Shown here: positions 1 to 8,079 of the stretch, in pieces
Position numbering within the stretch: the first letter of the stretch is position 1
How the letters are laid out: every line of letters starts with the position of its first letter
Source of the DNA: Candidatus Thalassarchaeaceae archaeon
GTDB lineage: Archaea > Thermoplasmatota > Poseidoniia > Poseidoniales > Thalassarchaeaceae
Direction: 5' to 3'
Assembly (NCBI GenBank): GCA_034400015.1
Contig: DASCRU010000070.1
Coordinates: 1-39,157 of the forward strand
DNA length: 39,157 nucleotides
The notes under the pieces: generated by a model
The model's input: the letters and a program-made list of their open reading frames with translations, nothing else
Told to the model about the DNA's origin: nothing
The model's database searches: none
Program-made: the position numbers and the translations under genes

Positions 1-63
1 CCCTCCGACCAAAATCGACATTAGTGGCATCTCTATTCCGAACATCTTGTATGACATATTCAT
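1..63 (-). CDS. Possible 5' end of a CDS truncated by the left window edge (product unknown)
   Basis: The reverse strand reads fixX stop TGA (72-74), then AGGAGACG, then ATG (63-61). This is followed by 21 open codons (MNMSYKMFGIEMPLMSILVGG) running off the window. Only the stop-SD-start geometry supports it. Confidence 0.2.
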   Translation of the reverse strand, partial: MNMSYKMFGIEMPLMSILVGG

Positions 64-71
64 CGTCTCCT

Positions 72-389
72 TCAACCGTATGCGTAAGTAATTCCAAAGC
101 CGCCGCGGGGATGGTTCCAACTCAATGCACCGTCGGTACACATGAGGAAGCAAGTTCCACATTCAACACAATCTTCGTATTGGAATTTCATTTCTTCCAA
201 GCCTACATCTCGGAACATATAGCACTGTGCGGGGCATCCCCAAACACACATCATGGAATCACAATCACCACATTTCTTTGTATCTACAATGATATGTGCA
301 TGCTCGTGTTCATCGACATTATATGCAATTAATCCTAGTCCATTTTTGACATCATATTCAAAGAGCCCAAATTTTGTTTTCTCGTCCAT
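72..389 (-). CDS. fixX: Ferredoxin-like protein FixX (partner of FixC/ETF-quinone oxidoreductase)
   Basis: 105 aa. The Cys-rich ferredoxin-like core contains CGDC..CVWGCPAQC and CVECGTC. The C-terminus WNHPRGGFGITYAYG matches the conserved FixX ending (YPRG.FG..f.YG). It lies 17 nt downstream of fixC on the same strand. Confidence 0.85.
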   Translation of the reverse strand: MDEKTKFGLFEYDVKNGLGLIAYNVDEHEHAHIIVDTKKCGDCDSMMCVWGCPAQCYMFRDVGLEEMKFQYEDCVECGTCFLMCTDGALSWNHPRGGFGITYAYG

Positions 390-406
390 ATTATCACCTC
401 ATTTGT

Positions 407-1969
407 TTACAGTTTGCGGCCCATCAACCCTAATCTGATTAAATTTAGTAGCCCCATGCCTTTCTTAGTTTTCTTATCTTTTCGTCGCATCTCTTTTCTT
501 AATTTACGAGCCTGCTTTTCAACAGTGATTTTTTCCTCGCCTATTTCACGAACAACTCGGTTGAACATTTTGCCCATGAATTTTGGCACCCAAGTATAAT
601 TTGCATCGTCTGCGAGGAATTTTGCTGTTGTTTTGAAACGTTTTAGATCTCGCATTACGTATGAAGAATCAAGATCTTTCCTGTACTGTCCCAGTGATTT
701 TTTACTGTAATCTCCTGATTCGATACATTTGGCAATTACTTTAGCCGCAAGTTTTCCAGAATGAATTGAATAATTTTGCCCCTGAATTACTGCTCCATTT
801 GAGTAAACAAGTCCAGCAGCATCTCCAATTACAACAGCGCCATCTCTCACTAGGCGAGACGGCATCCGATCTAGCCCATACTCGGGAACTAAATGGGCAC
901 CATATTCTACCGATTCTCCACCGCTAATTAGGGGGGCAATCGCTGGATGGCTCTTGTACGCTTCTAACATATCATAGGTATGAATTCCTGAAGGTAGGCT
1001 ATCTAACTGAATTACTACGCCGATTGAGACTGTATCGCGATTAGTGTAAAGCCAACCACCTGCTCTAGGAACTTGACCCGCAGTCACAGGGTATTCTTCC
1101 CATGCCTTTTCAGCCATATCGTCGTAAATGGCTAATGCGGCTTCCATTGCCATTCCACTTGGAGGTCGTTCATCGTCACCCGAAAAACATCCGAATCGGC
1201 TGTTAATTACATCTTCACCAAGATGAATTACTTCCTTGACGCCCAAGATAATTCCATGGCGAGATTGAGCATGCAGCATCGTATCGAACGCGTATGATCT
1301 AGTCAGAATTGAATTACTGCCTTCTGCAATTACAACCACATTACTGGTCATTACTTCTCCATCTTGAACAATTCCACAGATTTTCCCTTCACGGATTGCA
1401 TTGACTATCTCTGGATCGGCATTGTCAATCTTCCACTTTTGATTATCTCCCCTTCCAGAATCTTCGGCTGGAGAAGTCAAGTCTCTTGCTGAATATGATG
1501 TGTGGTCAAGTCCATCGATATGTAGTTGATCAATCTTGATTCCTGGCATGATGAAAACGCCCGCTTCTTCCAATTTTTCAGCAAACCAAGAGTCTGTTTT
1601 TGCACGAAGCACACTCCATCCTGTTCTCATTGATGGTTCTTCTGTGCCTCCAATTCCATCCCAAGAAGCAAATTTACCTTCCATAATAAACGCATCTTCA
1701 GAGGACAAGAATCCAATTTTTTTGTGGTTAATGTATCGTTCTATACCGGGGTTATCCATCTCCCAGTTTGGAAAAATATCCTCCAGGTCATCGAGTTCTC
1801 GCCCCCATAAAATTCCGCCGGATAGATTTTTGGCACCAATTGGTTCACCTCTATCTACTACGAGGATTCTATCTCCTTCTACACCTTCTTTGAGCAATTG
1901 TGCTGCACAAGCCATTCCAGCCATCCCGCAACCGATGATGATGACATCGAAGTCTGCTTCTTCACTCAT
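407..1969 (-). CDS. fixC: FAD-dependent oxidoreductase FixC / electron-transfer-flavoprotein:quinone oxidoreductase-like
   Basis: 520 aa. It has an N-terminal dinucleotide fold (DVIIIGCGMAGMACA), GAKNLSGG, and GDAAG in VVIGDAAGLVYS. The C-terminus (GLLNLIRLGLMGRKL) resembles FixC (GFINLIKDGMKG). GGTGAGG lies upstream of the ATG. It is about 90 aa longer than E. coli-type FixC because of internal insertions. Confidence 0.8.
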   Translation of the reverse strand: MSEEADFDVIIIGCGMAGMACAAQLLKEGVEGDRILVVDRGEPIGAKNLSGGILWGRELDDLEDIFPNWEMDNPGIERYINHKKIGFLSSEDAFIMEGKFASWDGIGGTEEPSMRTGWSVLRAKTDSWFAEKLEEAGVFIMPGIKIDQLHIDGLDHTSYSARDLTSPAEDSGRGDNQKWKIDNADPEIVNAIREGKICGIVQDGEVMTSNVVVIAEGSNSILTRSYAFDTMLHAQSRHGIILGVKEVIHLGEDVINSRFGCFSGDDERPPSGMAMEAALAIYDDMAEKAWEEYPVTAGQVPRAGGWLYTNRDTVSIGVVIQLDSLPSGIHTYDMLEAYKSHPAIAPLISGGESVEYGAHLVPEYGLDRMPSRLVRDGAVVIGDAAGLVYSNGAVIQGQNYSIHSGKLAAKVIAKCIESGDYSKKSLGQYRKDLDSSYVMRDLKRFKTTAKFLADDANYTWVPKFMGKMFNRVVREIGEEKITVEKQARKLRKEMRRKDKKTKKGMGLLNLIRLGLMGRKL

Positions 1970-2054
1970 CCCATCCTCACCCAGTCCAATGCACTAGCAT
2001 ATTGCCCTTGAATGTCACCATCTCTCTAACTTTCCATCTTCTCTGAAATTAGTA

Positions 2055-3044
2055 ATGGATATTGGCGAAGTACCCGAGCGGAAAGCGATGCGGCGCGCAG
2101 ATGCCCCAGGCAAAGCCATCCTTTTTGGCGAACATGCTGTGCTTTATGGGGCGCCAGCAATTGCAATAGCTGTAGACCTGCGAGCCTCATTTTCTGCTGT
2201 GGAATCAGATAGGTGGCGCCTCAATGGAGAGGATTTCAAACCGGTGGAAAATCCATATCTAAGCCCCCTTATTTCTGAATTTGGAGATTTCGAATCCCCG
2301 TTATCATTGACTATCGAAAGCGACATCCCAATTGCCGCGGGGCTTGGTTCTTCGGCGGCATTGTCTGTTGCATCTGCATTAGCAATTTCTTCACATTCCC
2401 AGTCACCAGAGAAATTAGCACGGGCGGCTCATCGTGCGGAAGCCTTGGCTCAAGGCGGAAGAGCGAGTCCTACGGATACTAGCACTTCTGCGTTAGGAGG
2501 AGCGGTAATTGTAGCTCCCTCCATCATCAAATCCCTAGAACATCAATGGAGTATCGATATGGATGGCCCCGATGGAACCAAACATTGGGATGTACATTCC
2601 TTACCAATTCCTGAGTCCCTTGCTGAAGTCCCAATCGTAATTGGATATACTGGAATACCTTCTTCAACTAGAGAAATGGTTGAAGGTGTTGCGGCTAGGA
2701 TGTCTTCAGTATCCTTCAGATTATCTATGGATGATGTTTCAAATCTTGCACGTTCATCCATTGATTTGCTGAAGACTGGAAACCCCTCATTGATTGGAAA
2801 TGAAATGATTCGTTGCCATGATCTTTTACGAGAAATTGGTGTCTCATCTCCAGAGTTAGATAATCTGATTGACGCGGCCCTTCCTTTTTCGTATGGAGCC
2901 AAATTGACGGGAGCTGGAGGAGGGGGGTGCATCATTGCATTAGCAACTGATCCGAATGCCTGTGCTGCAGCCATTATTGAAGCAGGAGGAATTCCATTCA
3001 TCACTTCTTTTGCGCAACGAGGAGTTCAGTTAACAATAACATAA
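2055..3044 (+). CDS. mvk: Mevalonate kinase (GHMP family)
   Basis: Contains APGKAILFGEHAVLYGAPAIA (the MVK N-terminal signature), the GHMP motif II AAGLGSSAA, SPTDTSTSALGG, and motif III KLTGAGGGGC. An alternative start at 2088 (MRRADAPGK) is possible. Confidence 0.85.
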   Translation: MDIGEVPERKAMRRADAPGKAILFGEHAVLYGAPAIAIAVDLRASFSAVESDRWRLNGEDFKPVENPYLSPLISEFGDFESPLSLTIESDIPIAAGLGSSAALSVASALAISSHSQSPEKLARAAHRAEALAQGGRASPTDTSTSALGGAVIVAPSIIKSLEHQWSIDMDGPDGTKHWDVHSLPIPESLAEVPIVIGYTGIPSSTREMVEGVAARMSSVSFRLSMDDVSNLARSSIDLLKTGNPSLIGNEMIRCHDLLREIGVSSPELDNLIDAALPFSYGAKLTGAGGGGCIIALATDPNACAAAIIEAGGIPFITSFAQRGVQLTIT

Positions 3045-3080
3045 ATCTAGAAATTTCACCGACACTTTTCTTCACACTTG

Positions 3081-3088
3081 TTTATATA
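3081..3088 (+). promoter_or_regulatory. Candidate TATA box of the tbp promoter (leaderless or near-leaderless transcript)
   Basis: TTTATATA is centred about 26 nt upstream of the tbp ATG (3111). No SD-like element lies in between. This spacing is typical of archaeal leaderless mRNAs. Confidence 0.45.
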
Positions 3089-3110
3089 CTCCTGATAAAT
3101 CCCCTATTAT

Positions 3111-3854
3111 ATGAGCGATGAAGACCGATTAGTAGTAGTGAACGTAGTAGCAAGCACTAGAGTTGCTGAAGAATTAGACCTCCCTGAAATTGCAATAGAA
3201 TTGAATTGCGAATATGAGCCGGAACAATTCCCTGGTGTCGTATACCGAGTTACAGATCCACGTTTGGCAATTCTAATGTTCCGTTCTGGTCGTGCAGTAT
3301 GCACTGGTGGAAAAAATGAGCAGAATATCCATACCGGAATCGAGAGAATGATTGCTGATTTGAGAGCCGCAGATATCGAGACTTGGAATTTAGAGGACGT
3401 GAAAATTGAAGTCCAAAATATGGTTGCAACATACGCTCTGCATTATCCAGAAGATTATGATGGAATTTCCAAAGACGTTGATCAGCGAATGAAGATTGTC
3501 AAGGATCCGGGTCACAAGGACTCCAATAGTGGTGGCTGGCGTGCTCCAACACCTGAAGAAGTAGATTTGCCTGATGAGGAAAGCCCTCTGACTACTCTTC
3601 CGGTTGGTGAACCATTAGCAGGTCTTCCACGCCATTTGAATCTCAATCATTTGACTTTCCATCTTCCCTTTGATAAGGTAGAATATGAGCCGGAACAATT
3701 CCCTGGCCTGATTTACAGAATCGATTACCCGAAGGTTGTTTGTCTGATTTTTGGTAGTGGAAAGATGGTGATTACAGGTGCACGTCATAAGGACGAGATT
3801 CTAGAAGCGATTGAATTCATCAAGGATGAATTGGCCGATTTGCTCTACGAATGA
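3111..3854 (+). CDS. tbp: TATA-box binding protein (TBP) with a large insertion in repeat 2
   Basis: It has two TBP repeats. Repeat 1 is VVNVVAS..EYEPEQFPGVVYRV..AILMFRSGRAVCTGGK. Repeat 2 is VQNMVAT..EYEPEQFPGLIYRI..VVCLIFGSGKMVITGAR. At 247 aa it is longer than the usual ~180-200 aa for archaeal TBPs. Confidence 0.9.
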   Translation: MSDEDRLVVVNVVASTRVAEELDLPEIAIELNCEYEPEQFPGVVYRVTDPRLAILMFRSGRAVCTGGKNEQNIHTGIERMIADLRAADIETWNLEDVKIEVQNMVATYALHYPEDYDGISKDVDQRMKIVKDPGHKDSNSGGWRAPTPEEVDLPDEESPLTTLPVGEPLAGLPRHLNLNHLTFHLPFDKVEYEPEQFPGLIYRIDYPKVVCLIFGSGKMVITGARHKDEILEAIEFIKDELADLLYE

Positions 3855-3872
3855 TAGTTTATTCTTGAGCGA

Positions 3873-6800
3873 TTGGTTGATACACAGCCGAATGGCTGTA
3901 GGTGCATGGTGGCTTCAGCAGTAGTGCCCTCACGAAGGTCGGCGCTGTTCATTGTTCTTATTTTTCTACTATCTTCTCAATTGGCGTTATTTCAATCGCC
4001 AGACCCTCTTGACGACATAGAATCTTCGTTACACGTTATGGGAGTTAGGAACGCCCAAGGTTCAGTTGATGTTCCTGAATGGGCAGTTGGAGATGTTTGG
4101 ACATATGATGCATTTTTCGATGTTCAAGAATTAATTTCATCCGGCGCCCCCGGTTCAAATGTGGGTATTCTTCGAGGAACCCTTACGAAGGAAGTGATTG
4201 ATACCACGATTATGATGATCGAGAATCAATCGACAATCGTTTATGTCGTTGAATCATCTGGGACATTTCAGAAAAATGGAATCTCAATTGTTACAGACCA
4301 AGCTACTGTTACTGGTGATCTAAGAGTTGTTTTTGAATCGGATGAACTGGTAAGAGCTTCAGATTTAGGTCAAATCACGTATAATATGGATTTGGATGTT
4401 GATTTACGTAATATTCCATTCCCAATTAGCATCATTACAGGATCAACTCTTGATTTAGCAGATCTTTCGATTGGGACACAATATTCGCCACCTAAGGAGT
4501 ATTACGATTTTCCTATGGCAGTTGGAGAATATTGGAATACAAGTGTGACGTTAAGCACCACTTGGTCCGGTTCAGTGTATCAAAATCTCTTTGAATTACC
4601 TGCGGATTCTGACGATCAAAGTACGGAATCTCATGGAGTAACTTCGGTAGGCAATCCAGGTGTAGGATATAGTGGATGTGCGTCTTCTCTCAATGCAACA
4701 TCGTTCAATTCTACTGGAGCGGTCACGGGATTCAAATGGTATTGTCCTACTGCTAAGGGAGAAGCATGGTGGCATCAGGAACTAGAGTTGGGTCTCCAGA
4801 TTGATTTCAAGCTTCTAACATATACTCCTGCTACACGTGACCCGACTATTTCAGTTGAGACAGTCTTCCCAGCGTGGCCTCTAAATTCGAATATGGGGGC
4901 ATGGGTCAATTTGACGGATCCATCCACTGGGTCACCTTTAGGGAATCAAGGAGTTCAATTCAGATACGAGTCTACTGGCGATTATCGTGCATTGACTACA
5001 TCCACTAATGGTAGTGCATATGTTGAGTTCGACACAGGTGCGTGGCCTGATCCTTCTCCGACAACATATGATTACGCTAGTCATGGGGTGATTGGTTGGG
5101 CATCTGCCACTAAGTCAGTAGGCGTTTCTACTATGATATTGGATGAAAATTTGGTGGAAATAGACTTGGCTGCCTCGTCATCAGGTGTTTCAGTATCTCG
5201 TATTAGAGATGGTGTTTCCGAGCAATTGAATTCAGTTACTGGTTTCAATTCAGTACCTAGTGATGTTCTTGAATTTTCAATACCTGTTCGAAATGAGGGT
5301 ATTCTTACTGCCCCCGCTACTGAACTCGAAATTACTTCTCCAGATGGTAGTTCATCTAGAGTCAATATTCCCAGTTTACCTGCAAGAAGCGAGGTCCGTG
5401 TAGATGTACAATGGACAGTTCCAGTGGGTCAAACAATAGGAAACAGCCTTCTTCAATTTGAGGTTGATCCTGATGTGTTGGTAACTGCAGATGCGAATCG
5501 AAGTAACAATGCAGATGTGTTCAATATTTTTGTGGGACGTCTCCCAATTGCAGAGTTATCTGAAATGACTAGTTTTTACACACTTACAACTGTAGTTTTA
5601 GATGGTTCGTCCTCTTATGACCCTGATGGGGCTTCTGAAATTCTCTGTACTTTCAGAGTCCACGATCATCTCGCAGTTGACGACAATGATGGCGATCCGA
5701 ATGATGGGATCATCACACGAACAATTTTCACTGATTCCCCCGATGATTGTGTGCTAGAATGGTCCTGGGACGATGATGGAGAATATTTGGTAGAGTTCGG
5801 AATAATTGATGACGAACTTGATTCTGCTAATACAAACATGACTGTTGTGGTGCTAAACCGTGCACCTGAGGTGGTTCTATCTTCAGATAGGTCTAGTGTT
5901 CCTGTAATGGATCCAATCACATTCAACGCATTCCAACACAGTGATGCAGATACGATGACTCCTGAAGCTCCCGTCGACTTCCTCTGGGAAGCCGATTGTG
6001 ATCAAGGGAGAGTAACTCAACTTTGCACTGTTGTTCCAATGGTAGAAGGGATTTACACCATGAGGGCCACAGTGACTGATGACGATGGAGCAGTAACTTC
6101 CGGTAGCCATAGTATCAATGTGACTAACATCGCACCGTGGAATGCTACGATCTCTGCTGCGGACGAAAATGGTAATTCCATTGAAGTTGATTCTCAAATG
6201 GTTTGGCATGTTTTAGAAGATCAACCTATAGTTTTCACAGGTACTGCTCAAGATTCATCCAACGATGTCCCATCGTTAAGTTATGAATGGTGGCCAGATG
6301 TTGAAATTGATACTTCCAATTCAACTATTGATAGTGAAGCAGGTGCTAGTTCTTCTCATACTCATTCGTATTCCACTCATGGAATGCACGTAGTGCAGAT
6401 GCAAGCTACTGATAACGATAATCTTCGAACTAATGTCGCCAGTGGTTGGCTTCAAGTTCAAAATGTGCCACCTACAATTGATTCATTCCCTACAATGTTA
6501 CCAATAGCTGAGGATCAAGTTCTTTCTGTAACCGGTTTATTCCACGATACAGCTTCCGATATCGATACTCTTCATGCATGTTGGGACATTAATCCTTCAT
6601 CCAATACTGATTCTGTAGGTTCTGCAGAGGATGATTGTGATGTTGAAGGTGCAGATTTGGCATATTCATGGCCAGATGCGGCCACAGCTCCGTCTCAGGT
6701 GGTTTTCCATGTGACTGATGATGATGGAGAGAGAGCTGTTGAAATGCTAAATATTACAATTCGAAATCTTCGACCTAAAGGTGCCATTAACATGACTGAA

Positions 6801-7604
6801 GGGCCCTTTGAAGTGGGTCAGGATATTGTTTTCAGTGCTGAAGGAACTACCGATTCTACCCTCGACATGATGCGCTTAACATATCGATGGGATTTCAATA
6901 CTGGAGTTGATAGTGATGATGATGGGTTCACAGAAAACGATATCGAAGATGAGGGCTTTAGCGTAACACATGTGTTCAATGAACCAGGAACGTACATTGT
7001 ACGATTGACTGTAGGAGATGAATCAGAAGAGGACTCTGTTGATGTTCAAGTGATAGTTGAGGATACCAGTATTCTTGGTGGTTTACTAGATGTCGGATTT
7101 GGTGGAGCAAGCGCCACGACAGCGATTATTCTGATATTAGTAGTGGTTTTACTTTCACTTCTTGTTGGAATTGGAATGATGAGGCGAGGAAGTGGAAGTG
7201 ACTTTGAGTCTTATGGGGCTACATCTGCTCTACATTTGGGAGGAGCCCAGCAGCCTTCTATGCCTAGTGCTCCACCTCCTAATTACGCGTTTAATGAAGA
7301 GGCAAGTAGTGGCCCTCCAGTTCCTGCCGAGGGTCTTCCGTCAGGTTGGACTATGGAACAATGGAATCACTATGGTCAACAATGGTTAGATGGTCAACAG
7401 CAGACAGTTTCAGATCCAGTTGAACCTGCTTACGTTGCTCCAGTTGAACCTGCTTACGTTGCTCCAGTTGAACCTGCTTACGTTGCTCCAGTTGAACCAG
7501 TTACGCCTGCCGCCCCGTCAATGGAATCAATCTCCCCTGCGGTAGGCAAGACTCGTGAAATTGAAGAATTAGCTCAAACAGATATTCTAGATTTTGATTT
7601 GTGA
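3873..7604 (+). CDS. Giant cell-surface protein with a CARDB-like domain, about 5 PKD-like domains, a single C-terminal TM anchor and a repeat-bearing cytoplasmic tail
   Basis: 1243-aa ORF. The N-terminal hydrophobic signal is RRSALFIVLIFLLSSQLALF. The CARDB-like segment is LEFSIPVRNEGILTAPATELEITSPDG. PKD-like modules end in ...ATVTDDDGAVTSGSHSINVTN, ...MQATDNDNL, ...FHVTDDDGERA and YRWDFN...THVFNEPGTYIVRLTV. The TM helix is AIILILVVVLLSLLVGIGMM followed by RRG. The real start is probably ATG 3906 (MVASAVV...), because a 6-bp stem hairpin (3884-3899) sits inside the TTG-3873 extension. Confidence 0.8.
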   Translation: MVDTQPNGCRCMVASAVVPSRRSALFIVLIFLLSSQLALFQSPDPLDDIESSLHVMGVRNAQGSVDVPEWAVGDVWTYDAFFDVQELISSGAPGSNVGILRGTLTKEVIDTTIMMIENQSTIVYVVESSGTFQKNGISIVTDQATVTGDLRVVFESDELVRASDLGQITYNMDLDVDLRNIPFPISIITGSTLDLADLSIGTQYSPPKEYYDFPMAVGEYWNTSVTLSTTWSGSVYQNLFELPADSDDQSTESHGVTSVGNPGVGYSGCASSLNATSFNSTGAVTGFKWYCPTAKGEAWWHQELELGLQIDFKLLTYTPATRDPTISVETVFPAWPLNSNMGAWVNLTDPSTGSPLGNQGVQFRYESTGDYRALTTSTNGSAYVEFDTGAWPDPSPTTYDYASHGVIGWASATKSVGVSTMILDENLVEIDLAASSSGVSVSRIRDGVSEQLNSVTGFNSVPSDVLEFSIPVRNEGILTAPATELEITSPDGSSSRVNIPSLPARSEVRVDVQWTVPVGQTIGNSLLQFEVDPDVLVTADANRSNNADVFNIFVGRLPIAELSEMTSFYTLTTVVLDGSSSYDPDGASEILCTFRVHDHLAVDDNDGDPNDGIITRTIFTDSPDDCVLEWSWDDDGEYLVEFGIIDDELDSANTNMTVVVLNRAPEVVLSSDRSSVPVMDPITFNAFQHSDADTMTPEAPVDFLWEADCDQGRVTQLCTVVPMVEGIYTMRATVTDDDGAVTSGSHSINVTNIAPWNATISAADENGNSIEVDSQMVWHVLEDQPIVFTGTAQDSSNDVPSLSYEWWPDVEIDTSNSTIDSEAGASSSHTHSYSTHGMHVVQMQATDNDNLRTNVASGWLQVQNVPPTIDSFPTMLPIAEDQVLSVTGLFHDTASDIDTLHACWDINPSSNTDSVGSAEDDCDVEGADLAYSWPDAATAPSQVVFHVTDDDGERAVEMLNITIRNLRPKGAINMTEGPFEVGQDIVFSAEGTTDSTLDMMRLTYRWDFNTGVDSDDDGFTENDIEDEGFSVTHVFNEPGTYIVRLTVGDESEEDSVDVQVIVEDTSILGGLLDVGFGGASATTAIILILVVVLLSLLVGIGMMRRGSGSDFESYGATSALHLGGAQQPSMPSAPPPNYAFNEEASSGPPVPAEGLPSGWTMEQWNHYGQQWLDGQQQTVSDPVEPAYVAPVEPAYVAPVEPAYVAPVEPVTPAAPSMESISPAVGKTREIEELAQTDILDFDL
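7416..7498 (+). repeat. In-frame tandem repeat, 24 bp x 3 perfect copies plus an 11-nt partial copy, encoding (VEPAYVAP)n
   Basis: CCAGTTGAACCTGCTTACGTTGCT occurs at 7416-7439, 7440-7463 and 7464-7487. A partial copy follows at 7488-7498. It lies in the cytoplasmic tail of the 3873-7604 protein. Confidence 0.95.
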
Positions 7605-7608
7605 TAAT

Positions 7609-8079
7609 ATGGTGGATATTTTCAGACTACTTGGTCTCCCATCCCCTACATCTAGCAGTTCACAAAAGGGAAGTGAGCAATCAGAAATCCCATCATCTTC
7701 AGGTCCAACTACGGTTCCATCTCCCGATTCAACAGAATTCTTGGACTTATCCTCCGTTCAATGGGCGAAGAAGGCAGGTGCTATCACTCCTGATCGCCAT
7801 TTGAGATACATCCAACCAGATGATAGGCATACCATCCCTCATTCTGAGATTTCTGAGCGTTTAAGGGAGGGTGATGTCGTCATTGTAGATTTGCGTAGAT
7901 TAGCACATATGGATGCTCAGAAAAGTGCATGCCGTCGTAGAATTCAGGAGATTGCTAATGATTTGTCTATACATGCTTTCGTTCTTGATAGTTCAGAAGA
8001 TTTGATACTTGTTCCAGGTGTGGGAATTTCTGTTGATGTTGATCGCCATATTTTAGGTATTGAAACCGATTTAATTTGA
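7609..8079 (+). CDS. sepF: Cell division protein SepF (archaeal FtsZ membrane anchor), long-linker form
   Basis: The N-terminal amphipathic helix MVDIFRLLGL resembles the SepF membrane-targeting sequence. A Ser/Pro-rich linker follows. The C-terminal core is EISERLREGDVVIVDLRRL...RRRIQEIANDLSIHAFVLDSSEDLILVPGVGISV. It aligns by eye with haloarchaeal SepF (..DAVYDGNLVIADITR...IDDLRQVAREVDGDIV..GDDQIVITPTGISIS). The ATG at 7609 lies 4 nt after the upstream stop. The ORF-track start at 7594 (TTG) is less likely. Confidence 0.65.
   Translation: MVDIFRLLGLPSPTSSSSQKGSEQSEIPSSSGPTTVPSPDSTEFLDLSSVQWAKKAGAITPDRHLRYIQPDDRHTIPHSEISERLREGDVVIVDLRRLAHMDAQKSACRRRIQEIANDLSIHAFVLDSSEDLILVPGVGISVDVDRHILGIETDLI

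Noticed and set aside
1536-1997. 153-aa + strand ORF antisense to fixC. Similar long antisense ORFs occur at 24-332, 2543-3004, 8135-8650, 10881-11378 and 14660-15310.
   Set aside because: Each lies entirely within a gene that has strong family motifs on the other strand. Their translations are low-complexity (Ser/Pro/Arg/Cys-rich) with no recognisable motifs or start-site signals. They are typical shadow ORFs.
3873-3905. TTG-initiated N-terminal extension of the giant PKD protein (MVDTQPNGCRC).
   Set aside because: The extension contains a 6-bp-stem hairpin (ACAGCC-GAAT-GGCTGT, 3884-3899) typical of an intergenic element. The ATG at 3906 starts directly with a signal-peptide-like sequence. 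The outer coordinate is kept in the feature table only as the ORF maximum.
7601-7804. 67-aa ORF in another frame overlapping sepF.
   Set aside because: The overlapping frame encodes a convincing SepF. The 67-aa product has no features of its own.
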